Shown piece by piece: positions 9,888 to 19,006 of a stretch of 64,000 nt of DNA. Under the pieces are notes generated by a model that was given only the letters and a program-made list of their open reading frames with translations, was not told where the DNA came from and searched no databases. Numbering within the stretch: position 1 is the first letter of the stretch; each line of letters begins with the position of its first letter. The position numbers and the translations under genes were made by a program. This DNA comes from Luteolibacter sp. (lineage in GTDB: Bacteria > Verrucomicrobiota > Verrucomicrobiia > Verrucomicrobiales > Akkermansiaceae), in contig JBFEQB010000004.1 in assembly GCA_041549835.1 (NCBI GenBank), positions 14,486-78,485 of the forward strand. Direction: 5' to 3'.

Positions 9888-10991
9888 ATGAATGAACCAA
9901 TCAAAAAGATGAAATTCCTACTCCTGCTACTGACTGGCACGGCGACCCTGATGACCGTGGCCATGGCGAATAAAGATGCCGATGCTTTTGACGCGTCTTT
10001 TGGAACCCCTAAAAAGAGTCTGCTCGACCGCTTTCGCTTTGGCTCATACGGCGAACTGCACAGCCGCGTGGGAGACGGTGCGGACAATATCGACATGCAC
10101 CGTCTCGTGGCGCTGCTGGACGTCCAGATCACCGACAAGGTGAAGTTCGTCTCCGAAATCGAGTTCGAGCACACCCTCTATCACGATGAGGCGGATGGTG
10201 AGGAGGATTTTGAGATCGAGATCGAGCAGGCCTACCTTGAGTTCGCGCTGGCCGATGACCTTTACCTCAAAACGGGCGTGATGCTGGTCCCGGTGGGCAT
10301 CATCAATGAAGTTCATGAGCCGACCACCTTCTATGGTGTCGAGCGTCCGAATGTTGAGAAATACCTGATCCCCACGACCTGGTGGGAAGGTGGCGTGGGT
10401 GTCGTCAAAACCTATGACAGTGGCCTGCAGATCGATGTGATGGCGCACACCTCTCTCGATATGGACAAGGACGGATACATTCGCTCCGGCCGTCCAAAGC
10501 TTGATCTCAATCAATACACCGAAAATCAGAGCTGGGCGGTGACCGGTCGTGCAAAATACACCGGCATTGCAGGTGTGGAGTTGGGTGGCGCACTTCAATA
10601 CCAGCACGACGTCTCAAGCACGGTGTCAGGCGAGCAAACCGCCTACCTGGCCGAAGCGCATGCGATCTATCGAAATGGGGGGTTCGAGCTGCGCGGGTTG
10701 GCGACCTACTGGAATGTTCAGGGATTTGCCGATCGCGACACCGAGGATCAGTGGGGCTACTACATCGAGCCGTCCTACAGCTTCGAAACCCCATGGGGCA
10801 AATTCGGTTGTTTCGCCCGTTTCAGTCAGTATGAGTATTACAACTCGGGCAGCCGCGAGGCCAGGGAATACACAGTGGGTGCGAACTACTGGCCGATCGA
10901 GGAAGTGGTGTTCAAGACCGACTACACGAACATCGATCGCGGTTCCTACAATGACGAGACCTTCAACTTCGGTCTCGGCTATTTCTTCTGA
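9888..10991 (+). CDS. outer-membrane beta-barrel porin-like protein
   Basis: 367-aa ORF. Signal peptide (MKFLLLLLTGTATLMTVAMA, possibly starting at ATG 9909), alternating amphipathic beta-strand pattern, and a C-terminal ..FNFGLGYFF ending in Phe. Confidence 0.55.
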   Translation: MNEPIKKMKFLLLLLTGTATLMTVAMANKDADAFDASFGTPKKSLLDRFRFGSYGELHSRVGDGADNIDMHRLVALLDVQITDKVKFVSEIEFEHTLYHDEADGEEDFEIEIEQAYLEFALADDLYLKTGVMLVPVGIINEVHEPTTFYGVERPNVEKYLIPTTWWEGGVGVVKTYDSGLQIDVMAHTSLDMDKDGYIRSGRPKLDLNQYTENQSWAVTGRAKYTGIAGVELGGALQYQHDVSSTVSGEQTAYLAEAHAIYRNGGFELRGLATYWNVQGFADRDTEDQWGYYIEPSYSFETPWGKFGCFARFSQYEYYNSGSREAREYTVGANYWPIEEVVFKTDYTNIDRGSYNDETFNFGLGYFF

Positions 10992-11009
10992 TGAGTTGCG
11001 GGTGGCATC

Positions 11010-11534
11010 ATGAATGAATTGTTGCACAAAACGATGGGTGTCGTGGTGGTCATGTGGACCATGATCACGGCACCCGCCGTAGCCGCGACCAAGGTTTATG
11101 AGAAACCCTCGGACTTCCTGGAACGCCACTTTGGAAGCATCCCGAAGACCCAGGTGATCGATCTGGACAAGGCTGACCAAACGGTGCTCAAGAAAATCCT
11201 GGGCCACCAGCCTGAGTCCAGGCGGATCCGCTACTGGCAATCGGGCGGCAAAGTTGCCTGGATCCTCAATGAGGTTGGAAAGACGCAACCAATCACGACG
11301 GGCTTCATCGTCAGCGGGGGAAAAATTGTTGAGATCAAGGTCCTGATCTACAGGGAAAGTCATGGTTGGGAGGTCAGCCGTCCGTTTTTCACCAGACAAT
11401 TTGTTGGAGCGTCGCTCAAGGATGGCAAAAAAATCGACCGCTCCATTGATGGGACTGTCGGAGCGACCCTTTCGGTTCGGGCATTGACCAAACTGAGCAC
11501 GGCTGCCTTGTATCTTACCGAGCAGGTTGATTGA
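11010..11534 (+). CDS. periplasmic FMN-binding domain protein (NqrC/RnfG-like, predicted flavinylation substrate)
   Basis: 174-aa ORF with a signal peptide. ..ESHGWEV..FFTRQFVG..IDGTVGATLSVRAL matches the FMN_bind architecture, including the [S/T]GAT-type flavinylation site. Confidence 0.7.
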   Translation: MNELLHKTMGVVVVMWTMITAPAVAATKVYEKPSDFLERHFGSIPKTQVIDLDKADQTVLKKILGHQPESRRIRYWQSGGKVAWILNEVGKTQPITTGFIVSGGKIVEIKVLIYRESHGWEVSRPFFTRQFVGASLKDGKKIDRSIDGTVGATLSVRALTKLSTAALYLTEQVD

Positions 11535-11559
11535 TCCGGCCCGCCAACCAAGCAGACCG

Positions 11560-12348
11560 ATGGCTGACCCCGAAACCTCACAAGAGCCCCATCCCCATGG
11601 GGACGGGTTGAATAACGGACGCCGCAAGCGACGAGCCAGACCATGGCACCGCGTGATCGGATTGTTGACGGCGCTGCCCCTTTTGTGGGTGGTGATCACC
11701 GGTGCCATACTCAATCACACCGTGGATTGGAAGTTGGACCAACGAATGGTCCATCACCCGTGGGTCATGAAGGCGTATGGAATGAACCCGGTCGGGGAGC
11801 CAGAAGTGGTGACCGTCGGCTCTCACCGTATCGCCGCGTGGGATGGCTTGATCTTCATGAACGGAGCCCCGATTGAAATTTCAGGGGATTTGTTGGGTGC
11901 GGTCGAGGACGCGGGCGGTGTTGCGGTGGTGACCACCTCGAACGTGCTGAGGCTGGATGGTGATGGCGCGCAGGTCGAATTGATTGGATCGGAGTCACTT
12001 CCCACAACACCGCTGACGGGTGTCCGGAGGGACCAGGACCGCGTGTTCCTGCGCAACAAGGATGGCTGGCACGAAGTGATGGATGACTGGCTGGATTTCA
12101 GTGAATCCCAATCCACGGGCAAGGCTCAGGTGCTGCGGCAATTACCGGATGGGGCGGAAAGGCGGATCCTATACAAGGCTTGGGCGAACGGCGGGCTGCC
12201 AGCATCAAGGATCTTGCTGGACCTTCATACCGGCCACTTCCTTGGCGATTTCGGCCGCTATTTCAACGACCTGATGACGCTTGCGACCATTGTGCTGTGT
12301 GTCACCGGAGTGATCCTCTTTTTTCGCACTCCACGCCGGGCACGCTGA
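11560..12348 (+). CDS. PepSY-associated TM-helix protein (2-TM, FoxB/PiuB-like)
   Basis: RPWHRVIGLLTALPLLWVVITGAILNH at the N-terminus and LDLHTGHFLG..VTGVILFF at the C-terminus are the signature helices. The track start TTG 11527 overlaps the upstream gene; ATG 11560 is preferred. Confidence 0.65.
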   Translation: MADPETSQEPHPHGDGLNNGRRKRRARPWHRVIGLLTALPLLWVVITGAILNHTVDWKLDQRMVHHPWVMKAYGMNPVGEPEVVTVGSHRIAAWDGLIFMNGAPIEISGDLLGAVEDAGGVAVVTTSNVLRLDGDGAQVELIGSESLPTTPLTGVRRDQDRVFLRNKDGWHEVMDDWLDFSESQSTGKAQVLRQLPDGAERRILYKAWANGGLPASRILLDLHTGHFLGDFGRYFNDLMTLATIVLCVTGVILFFRTPRRAR

Positions 12349-12351
12349 ACC

Positions 12352-13344
12352 ATGGAGTTACAAACCAACGGCCGCCGGAAGTTTCTCACTCAGTTGGGGG
12401 CGTCATTTCTGGCACTGCCTTTGGGCGCGTGCGGCAAGAGAGCCGAGGGGGATTCGGGGAGTCCGCAGACCGGCGTTTTTGAGTGGTCCGGCATCGGCTT
12501 CGGCATCAAGATGCGCATGGAAATTCATGAGGTCGAAAACAAGACCGGTAGCCTTTTGGGAAACGAGTGCGATCGCATCATTGCTGCACTGGAACGTGCG
12601 TTCTCGCTCTATCAGGAAAACTCCGAGCTCAGCCGACTCAATCGGGAGCGGGTGCTTGTAGCGCCAAGCGATACGTTCATTGCGCTGCTGGATCTGGCTA
12701 TTTCTCTCGAGAAGCGGACCATCGGCTACTATCAGCCGGCGATCCATGGGGCATGGGAGTGGTTGATGGAGCATGATTTCCGGATCGAATCAGGACAGGC
12801 GGCCGCATGGCAGCGTCACTGTGCGGCCGCCGACTGCCGCTACATTGAGCGTGATGGCGGGCGATCGATCCGGCTAACGCATCCGCTGACAAGATTGAGC
12901 ATGAATGCCATCGGTCAGGGTTATCTTGCCGACTGCGTGGCGGACATGTTGCGCAAACATGGGGTGAAGCGCGCCCTGCTGCATTTGGGCGAAACCTATG
13001 CTCTCGGAAACCACCCTGATGGCCGGCCGTGGAAGCTGGCGGTCATGGGCACGGGCGAAGAGGCAGACCTTGTCGGCACCATGGAGCTTGCGGATGCCGG
13101 CCTCGCCGTGTCTGCCAGCGAACCGGGGCGGCTGCTGATCGATCCCGTCGGTGAATCGCTGCAGCAGCACGATCGCGTGGCGGCGGTGGTTTCGTCCGAG
13201 GGGGCCACGGTGGCGGATGCCTTTGCCACGGCTTTTGCCGTCGCACCCGAGAATCGGTGGCCGGATTTGGCGGGTCGCCTCAAGCAGGAGGCGGGCGCCA
13301 TGGTGCAGGTGTGGAGTAACAATCAGCTGGCTTTTGCCGACTGA
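12352..13344 (+). CDS. apbE: FAD:protein FMN transferase ApbE (Tat-lipoprotein)
   Basis: 330-aa ORF. RRKFLTQLGASFLALPLGAC is a Tat signal plus lipobox. The ApbE-like core contains ..MNAIGQGYLAD.. and ..ADAFATAF... Confidence 0.85.
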   Translation: MELQTNGRRKFLTQLGASFLALPLGACGKRAEGDSGSPQTGVFEWSGIGFGIKMRMEIHEVENKTGSLLGNECDRIIAALERAFSLYQENSELSRLNRERVLVAPSDTFIALLDLAISLEKRTIGYYQPAIHGAWEWLMEHDFRIESGQAAAWQRHCAAADCRYIERDGGRSIRLTHPLTRLSMNAIGQGYLADCVADMLRKHGVKRALLHLGETYALGNHPDGRPWKLAVMGTGEEADLVGTMELADAGLAVSASEPGRLLIDPVGESLQQHDRVAAVVSSEGATVADAFATAFAVAPENRWPDLAGRLKQEAGAMVQVWSNNQLAFAD

Positions 13345-13532
13345 TACAGGGTCCCTTCAATCTTTCATTATACAGTGACCGGCACTGAAACGGTTTCTGA
13401 CAATCTAACTGCCGGCACCCGGCGTTCAACTGGGCGATCCGTGTTGGTAGCCGGCGTGTGGTGGCTCCACTCATCATACGGACGGTGAGGAAACCGAACC
13501 CGAACCAGCCCTGCGCTCCTAACAGTCGAGAG

Positions 13533-14351
13533 CTAGGGTTGAAGATCGCGCTCGACGATCTCACCGGGGCGGGTGGTGGTGCCGGGCCAGAGCTTGCGAC
13601 CCGGATAGATGGAGGTGTGGATGCCGGTGTGGACGCCATCACCGAAGATGGCGCCGAACTTGCGGCGGCCGGTATCGATCAGCACACCATTCACCGACGA
13701 ACGGTGGTTTTTCCCGTCGTGGCGGAGATTGGAGGTGGTGGTGCCGGCGCCGAGGTTGACGTTTTCGCCAAGGATCGAGTCGCCGATGTAGGAGAGGTGC
13801 CCGACGTTGGTTTTCGACAGGATGAGGCTGTTTTTGATCTCGACGGACTGGCCGATGTGGCAGCCGTCGCCGATGCTGGTGTTGCCCCGGATATAACAGT
13901 TCGGGCCGATCTTGCAGTTCTCGCCGATGATCACGTTCCCCTCGATGAACACGCCGGGCAGGATGCGGGTGCCTGAGCCGAGATGGATCACTCCTTCAAT
14001 CACGGCGGACGGGTGGATGTCCCCTTCGACGCGATTTACGGTTAGAGAGGAAACGAACCACTCGTTGGCGCGAATCAAATCCCACGGATAGCGGATGACG
14101 AAGGATGAGGTGGCGGTGACGGCGTTGGAAAGATCGGGGGCCGGCCCATGCCACGCGATGGGTTCGCCGGAGGCATCGACAAGCGTGCCTGATAGACCGA
14201 CGAGATCATCCGCTCCGATCCACGCGTGGGGATGATGGCTGAGCCCGGATTTCCCGATGGCGGCGCCCTGGTGCGCGGACAACGGACGATTCCCGATCGG
14301 GAAATCCTCTATCCTGCGGGTGAGTGAGAGTGGGTGGCAATCGTCGGACAT
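13533..14351 (-). CDS. GlmU-family left-handed beta-helix protein (putative sugar nucleotidyl/acyl-transferase)
   Basis: 272-aa ORF. Hexapeptide repeats (IGENCKIGPNCYIRGNTSIGDGCHIGQSVEIKNS..) and an N-terminal ..PLSLTRRIEDFPIG... Sits next to glmM. Confidence 0.6.
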   Translation of the reverse strand: MSDDCHPLSLTRRIEDFPIGNRPLSAHQGAAIGKSGLSHHPHAWIGADDLVGLSGTLVDASGEPIAWHGPAPDLSNAVTATSSFVIRYPWDLIRANEWFVSSLTVNRVEGDIHPSAVIEGVIHLGSGTRILPGVFIEGNVIIGENCKIGPNCYIRGNTSIGDGCHIGQSVEIKNSLILSKTNVGHLSYIGDSILGENVNLGAGTTTSNLRHDGKNHRSSVNGVLIDTGRRKFGAIFGDGVHTGIHTSIYPGRKLWPGTTTRPGEIVERDLQP

Positions 14352-14362
14352 GATGAGATGGA

Positions 14363-15709
14363 TCAGCCGATTTCCTCGCGGATGACGGCGGCGAATTTAC
14401 CGACCCACGCGCGGCATTGCGCGGCTTCGCGGTGTTCGACGAGCACGCGGATTTTGTTTTCCGTGCCGGAGTAGCGGATCAGATGGCGGCCGTTTTCGCC
14501 GAAGGTGCTGGTGGCGTCGCGCATCAACTCATTGAGCTTCGGCAGGGAATCGAGCGGAGGTTTGGAGGGCACCGGCATGCTGGAAAGTTCGGTGGGATAT
14601 TCGTGCATGATGCCGGAAAGGGCGGCCAACGTGGTGTTCCTTTCCTTCATCATCCGCAGGACCTGAAGGGAGCTGAGGATGCCATCCCCTGTCGTCGAGG
14701 TTTCCGCGAAAATCAGATGGCCGGAATTCTCGCCGCCGAACGAATAGCCGTGTTTGCGGATGCATTCGATGACGTTGCGGTCGCCCACGGCGGTGGTTTC
14801 CACCTGGATGCCGTGGTGTTTCATGGCCTCGATCAGGCCGAGGTTGCTCATGACGGTGGCGACCAAGGTGTCTTCTTTGAGTTTTCCCTGCTCCTTCAGG
14901 CCGATTGCGCACAGCGCGAGCACCCGGTCACCGCTGACCACCTGGCCGTTGGCATCGGTGAAGATCACCCGGTCGGCGTCACCGTCAAACGAGATACCGA
15001 TGTCCGCCTTGTGCTGCCGGACCAATGCACCCGCGGTCCCGGGATGCAAGGCACCGCAACCGCAGTTGATGTTAAGCCCGTCCGGCTGGATGCCCGTGGT
15101 GATGACTTTCGCTCCGAGCTCCTTGAAAATCAGCGGAGCGATGAAGTAGGCGGCGCCGTGTCCGCAATCGACCACCACCTTGAAACCATGCAGCGGGATG
15201 TTGTCGGCCGTTTGCTTGGCGAACTCGATGTAGCGGCCACGCGCGTCGTCGATCCGGTGGGCCTTGCCGATCTGCGCCGGCGGCAGCGGTGGCGCATCCG
15301 GCTCGGCCCCAAGAATGTGGCGTTCGATCACCGCTTCGAGGTCGTCGGACAACTTGTAACCATCCGGGCCGAAGATTTTCATGCCGTTGTCCTCATACGG
15401 ATTGTGGGACGCGGTGATCATGATGCCGGCCGCGGATCCCATGGATTTCGTCAAATGCGCCACCGCCGGCGTGGGTAGCGGGCCGACTAACAGCACATCC
15501 ATTCCCATTGAGACCAGTCCGCTGGTGATCGCGGTTTCCAGCATGTAGCCGGAAATCCGCGTGTCTTTCCCCACCAGCACGCGGTTGCGGCTCGGATCGG
15601 AAGAACGCAACACGGCAGCCACGGCTTTGCCGGTGCGAAGGGCGACTTCGGCGGTGATCGGGAATTCATTCACACGGCCCCGGATGCCGTCCGTTCCAAA
15701 TAATTTCAT
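14363..15709 (-). CDS. glmM: phosphoglucosamine mutase
   Basis: 448-aa ORF. MKLFGTDGIRG start, active-site loop TASHNPYEDNG and the FDGDADR metal loop. Confidence 0.93.
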   Translation of the reverse strand: MKLFGTDGIRGRVNEFPITAEVALRTGKAVAAVLRSSDPSRNRVLVGKDTRISGYMLETAITSGLVSMGMDVLLVGPLPTPAVAHLTKSMGSAAGIMITASHNPYEDNGMKIFGPDGYKLSDDLEAVIERHILGAEPDAPPLPPAQIGKAHRIDDARGRYIEFAKQTADNIPLHGFKVVVDCGHGAAYFIAPLIFKELGAKVITTGIQPDGLNINCGCGALHPGTAGALVRQHKADIGISFDGDADRVIFTDANGQVVSGDRVLALCAIGLKEQGKLKEDTLVATVMSNLGLIEAMKHHGIQVETTAVGDRNVIECIRKHGYSFGGENSGHLIFAETSTTGDGILSSLQVLRMMKERNTTLAALSGIMHEYPTELSSMPVPSKPPLDSLPKLNELMRDATSTFGENGRHLIRYSGTENKIRVLVEHREAAQCRAWVGKFAAVIREEIG

Positions 15710-15776
15710 GATGTGAATTCTTGCGGACAGTCCTTTTGTTCAAAAAAAACTGAACAAATCAAGCTAAAACACGCGA

Positions 15777-16580
15777 CTAGCCGCCAAGCACAGCCCGGCG
15801 AATTCGCCCCGGAGCCTTCTTCAGAAAGCGCCGGGCCAAGGCTTCGAACTCATCCGAAAGGTCGCTCAAATGCACCTCCAGCGTGCCCTCATGCCCGTCC
15901 GTGGCGAGCAGGTCAAGCCGGGCGAGCTCGCGTTGCAAATGCTCGGCACAGGTCGTGGCGGAGTCCACCAACCGCACGTCGGGCGGCAACAGTTCCTGCA
16001 GCACCGGGATCAGCAACGGATAATGCGTGCAGGCGAGCATCAGGGTATCGATACCCTTTTCCACGAGGGGTTCCAGATAGGTTTTGAGCGCAATGATCGT
16101 CGCAGGGTGGCCGATCCAGTCTTCCTCGATCAGCGGCACCAGTAGCGGAGTCGCCTGACCGTGGATGATCAAACCGGTCCGCCGCAGGGCGAGCGCATGC
16201 TGGTAGGCGTGGGAACGGATCGTGCCGCGTGTCGCGATGATGCCGATTCTTTCCGCCAGCGGATTGGCGAGGGCGGCATCCACACCGGGTTCGATGACGC
16301 CGATGACGGGCACGCTGTATTGCCCGCGCAGACTCGGCAAGGCGTGGGCGGTGGCGGTATTGCAGGCCACCACGATGGCCTTCACTCCGCAGGACATGAG
16401 GAACCGGCTGTCCTCATCGGCGAATTGCCGGATGGTTTCCGGGCTTTTCGAGCCGTAGGGCAAACGAGCGGTATCCCCGAGATAAACGATGTCCTCGTTC
16501 GGCAGGAGTTCCTGCACCGCACGCACGACGGTCAAGCCGCCGACACCCGAGTCGAAAAATCCAAGAGGCGCTGATTTCAC
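15777..16580 (-). CDS. murI: glutamate racemase
   Basis: GFFDSGVGGLTV, ..VVACNTA.. and ..LACTHYP.. motifs. The track ORF runs up to 16772, but GTG 16580 gives a canonical MKSAPLGFFDSGVGG N-terminus (TTG 16604 is an alternative). Confidence 0.85.
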   Translation of the reverse strand: MKSAPLGFFDSGVGGLTVVRAVQELLPNEDIVYLGDTARLPYGSKSPETIRQFADEDSRFLMSCGVKAIVVACNTATAHALPSLRGQYSVPVIGVIEPGVDAALANPLAERIGIIATRGTIRSHAYQHALALRRTGLIIHGQATPLLVPLIEEDWIGHPATIIALKTYLEPLVEKGIDTLMLACTHYPLLIPVLQELLPPDVRLVDSATTCAEHLQRELARLDLLATDGHEGTLEVHLSDLSDEFEALARRFLKKAPGRIRRAVLGG

Positions 16581-17049
16581 TGGCAGGATTGTGACCGCAA
16601 CCAAGCTGCGAGCAAGCGGGAAGGATGAATCCCCCGATTGTCCTCCGGCAGGATGACGCGACGGCAGTTCCCGGCAATCGGCGTCTCCCAAGCGAAAAAG
16701 AAACTTGCCCGGCCCGAGGTTTTTCCTTAACCATCCCTTCCAGAGCGCAACGCACACAGCTGGATTTTCCATCCGACTTCACGTTTGCGACCATTCCCGG
16801 CCACCACGCCGCTCCATGATTTTTCAGGAACGATTCCCCATCGCACACTCAGCCGATCCCTGTGACCGGCCAGGCCTCGCTGTTTCCGATCTATGATCCG
16901 GCGTATCGCCTATCGTTCCGCACCCTTCTTCACACTGTATTCGTGTGACGGCTCCGGCCGCTCGCGTTGCGTTGTGTCGCACCCACCCACCGGAGGACAA
17001 AGCCATAGCTAAGCCACAAAGAAACCAAAACAGGGGTCGTTACCGCGAT

Positions 17050-17709
17050 ATGACGCGGATCAACGACCGCATCCGCGCCCCCAAAGTCCGCGTCGTCACC
17101 AGTGACGGCCAACAACTCGGAGTCATGAGTTCCCGAGAGGCGCTCGCCAAAGCCCAGTCGCTCGGCCTCGATCTCGTCGAGATCGCCGGCCAGGTGGACC
17201 CACCGGTCTGCAAGATCGTCGACTACGGGAAATTCAAATACGAGCAGGCCAAGCTCAAGAAGCAGAAGTCCAAGAGCTCGACGCGGATGAAGGAAGTGAA
17301 ATTCCGCGTCGGCACCGGCCAGCATGACTACAACATCAAACTTGGCCGCGCCGAAACGTTCCTTGAGGGCAACCACAAGTGCCGTTTCGTTCTCCAGTTC
17401 CGCGGCCGTGAAAACGCCCACAAGGATCTTGGTTTCGTGGTCCTCAACCGGATCATCGAAGACCTCAAGACCATGGCGCAGGTGGACCAACCGCCACGCC
17501 TCAACGGTCGTGCCGTTGCGATGATCCTCTCACCACTTCCCGCCCACCAGCGCAAGCGGAGGTTCCACCTCTTCCACGGCGAACTCATGGAGGAGGACGA
17601 TTTCGAGGAGGAGGAAACCCACGAACCGGAAATCGACGAAGTCCCGGATGAGGCTCCCGCCGAAACGTCCGAGCCTTCCCAGGCACCCACCGCGGAAGAG
17701 GCGAAATAA
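17050..17709 (+). CDS. infC: translation initiation factor IF-3 with acidic C-terminal extension
   Basis: INDRIRAPKVRVV..PPVCKIVDYGKFKYEQ..KEVKFR... ATG 17050 is the listed start, but an SD-preceded in-frame ATA at 17005 is a plausible true start (see findings). Confidence 0.9.
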   Translation: MTRINDRIRAPKVRVVTSDGQQLGVMSSREALAKAQSLGLDLVEIAGQVDPPVCKIVDYGKFKYEQAKLKKQKSKSSTRMKEVKFRVGTGQHDYNIKLGRAETFLEGNHKCRFVLQFRGRENAHKDLGFVVLNRIIEDLKTMAQVDQPPRLNGRAVAMILSPLPAHQRKRRFHLFHGELMEEDDFEEEETHEPEIDEVPDEAPAETSEPSQAPTAEEAK

Positions 17710-17730
17710 CCGCCGTTTTCCGGAACGGTC

Positions 17731-18390
17731 ATGCTTTACCTGTTCGACATCGACGGCACGCTGGTGGACACCGGCGGTGCCGGGATGGCGGCCTTGAACG
17801 AGACCACCTGCGGGATTTTCGGCGATGCCGGACCTCCGTTGGACCTCGCAGGCTCCACGGACCTTGGTATCGTGCTCGGCATTCACGCGCACTTCGATGT
17901 GGAGCCCACCCCCGCCAGCATCGACACCTACTTCGCGCTCTACCAGCAACGGCTTGACTGGAATCTAACCCACGGCGGGTTTTCCGGCCGCGTGCTCGAG
18001 GGCGCGCCCAGATTGTTAGATTTTCTGGCGGGACGCGGTGATGCCACACTGGGTCTACTCACCGGCAATATCGCGGGGGGCGCGGCTTCCAAGGTGCGGC
18101 ACTTCGGCCTCGCGTCTTATTTCGCGTTCGGTGCCTATGGCTGCGACCACCATGATCGGAACCGCCTGGGGCCGATCGCGCTCGAACGGGCCTCCGCCCA
18201 TGCGGGCCGGAGTTTCACCCCCGATGAAACCTGGGTGATCGGTGACACCCCGAAAGACATCGCCTGCGCCCATGCCATCGGCGCACGCTGCCTGGCCGTC
18301 ACGACCGGGCGCTTCTCCGCCATGGATCTGGAGGCTTTCGGAGCGGACCACGTCGTGGAATCACTCGACCAGGCGACCTCCTTGATTTGA
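17731..18390 (+). CDS. HAD-superfamily hydrolase (phosphoglycolate phosphatase-like)
   Basis: 219-aa ORF. Motif I is MLYLFDIDGTLVDT; the C-terminal region has ..IGDTPKDI... Confidence 0.75.
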   Translation: MLYLFDIDGTLVDTGGAGMAALNETTCGIFGDAGPPLDLAGSTDLGIVLGIHAHFDVEPTPASIDTYFALYQQRLDWNLTHGGFSGRVLEGAPRLLDFLAGRGDATLGLLTGNIAGGAASKVRHFGLASYFAFGAYGCDHHDRNRLGPIALERASAHAGRSFTPDETWVIGDTPKDIACAHAIGARCLAVTTGRFSAMDLEAFGADHVVESLDQATSLI

Positions 18391-18497
18391 GGCGTCCGCA
18401 CCTCCCCTCAACACGGAGGGATTCACTGTGGAGTTGTGCCGCCATCCGGCTCACCCTAGATTCCGTCTGTCGCCCTGCTGTGGGCACAACAGGAATC

Positions 18498-18848
18498 ATG
18501 AAAAAGTGCCCATTCTGTGCCGAGGAAATCCAAGACGAAGCGATCAAGTGCAAACATTGCCACGAGTTTCTGGACGAATCGAGGCGGCCGCAGCCGCCAG
18601 CGCTTCCGCCACATGCGGACAGCCAGCTCCCGTGGTATTTCAAAACCTCTTTCATCGTCCTGATGTTCCTGACGATGCCTCCTTTCGCACTCCCCTCCGT
18701 GTGGATGCATCCCAAACTGCACGTGGCCTGGAAGGGAGTGATCACGACGGTGGCCATCACGTTCTGCTGGATTTCCTACAATGCCATCGTCGGTTTCTCG
18801 AAACAGTTCGACGAAGCGACCGAGATGCTCAAAACGATGAACCTCTGA
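18498..18848 (+). CDS. zinc-ribbon domain membrane protein
   Basis: MKKCPFCAEEIQDEAIKCKHCHEFL zinc ribbon followed by two TM helices. ATG 18498 is preferred over the upstream track start. Confidence 0.55.
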   Translation: MKKCPFCAEEIQDEAIKCKHCHEFLDESRRPQPPALPPHADSQLPWYFKTSFIVLMFLTMPPFALPSVWMHPKLHVAWKGVITTVAITFCWISYNAIVGFSKQFDEATEMLKTMNL

Positions 18849-19006
18849 TCAGTTCGGGCGGACCGGCATGTCCCGTCACACGATTTACCGGGTCCTGATG
18901 AACGGCGGGAGGGGAAGGAGCCTACCCCATCTGGCGCCCCCCAGGCCCGGTGGTTTTTTAGTGGTATTTCCCTGCGGCACCCTGCTTCACTGGCTGCGCG
19001 ACCGTG

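Noticed and set aside
15735-15758. AT-rich hairpin TTTGTTCA-N8-TGAACAAA between murI and glmM as a terminator
   Set aside because: The A/T run lies in the loop rather than after the stem. It could equally be part of the glmM promoter or leader, so the evidence is insufficient for a terminator call.
16581-16772. 64-aa N-terminal extension of murI implied by the longest ORF
   Set aside because: The extension has no resemblance to MurI. GTG 16580 yields the canonical MKSAPLGFFDSGVGG start, though this cannot be proven without expression data.
18971-18990. Sigma-54-like -24/-12 promoter (GGCAC-N5-TTCA) just upstream of the sigma-54 activator gene
   Set aside because: The -24 GG-CAC part fits, but the essential -12 GC is replaced (TTCA instead of TTGC) at the correct spacing. 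Other TGGCAC occurrences lie inside coding regions with poor -12 elements.
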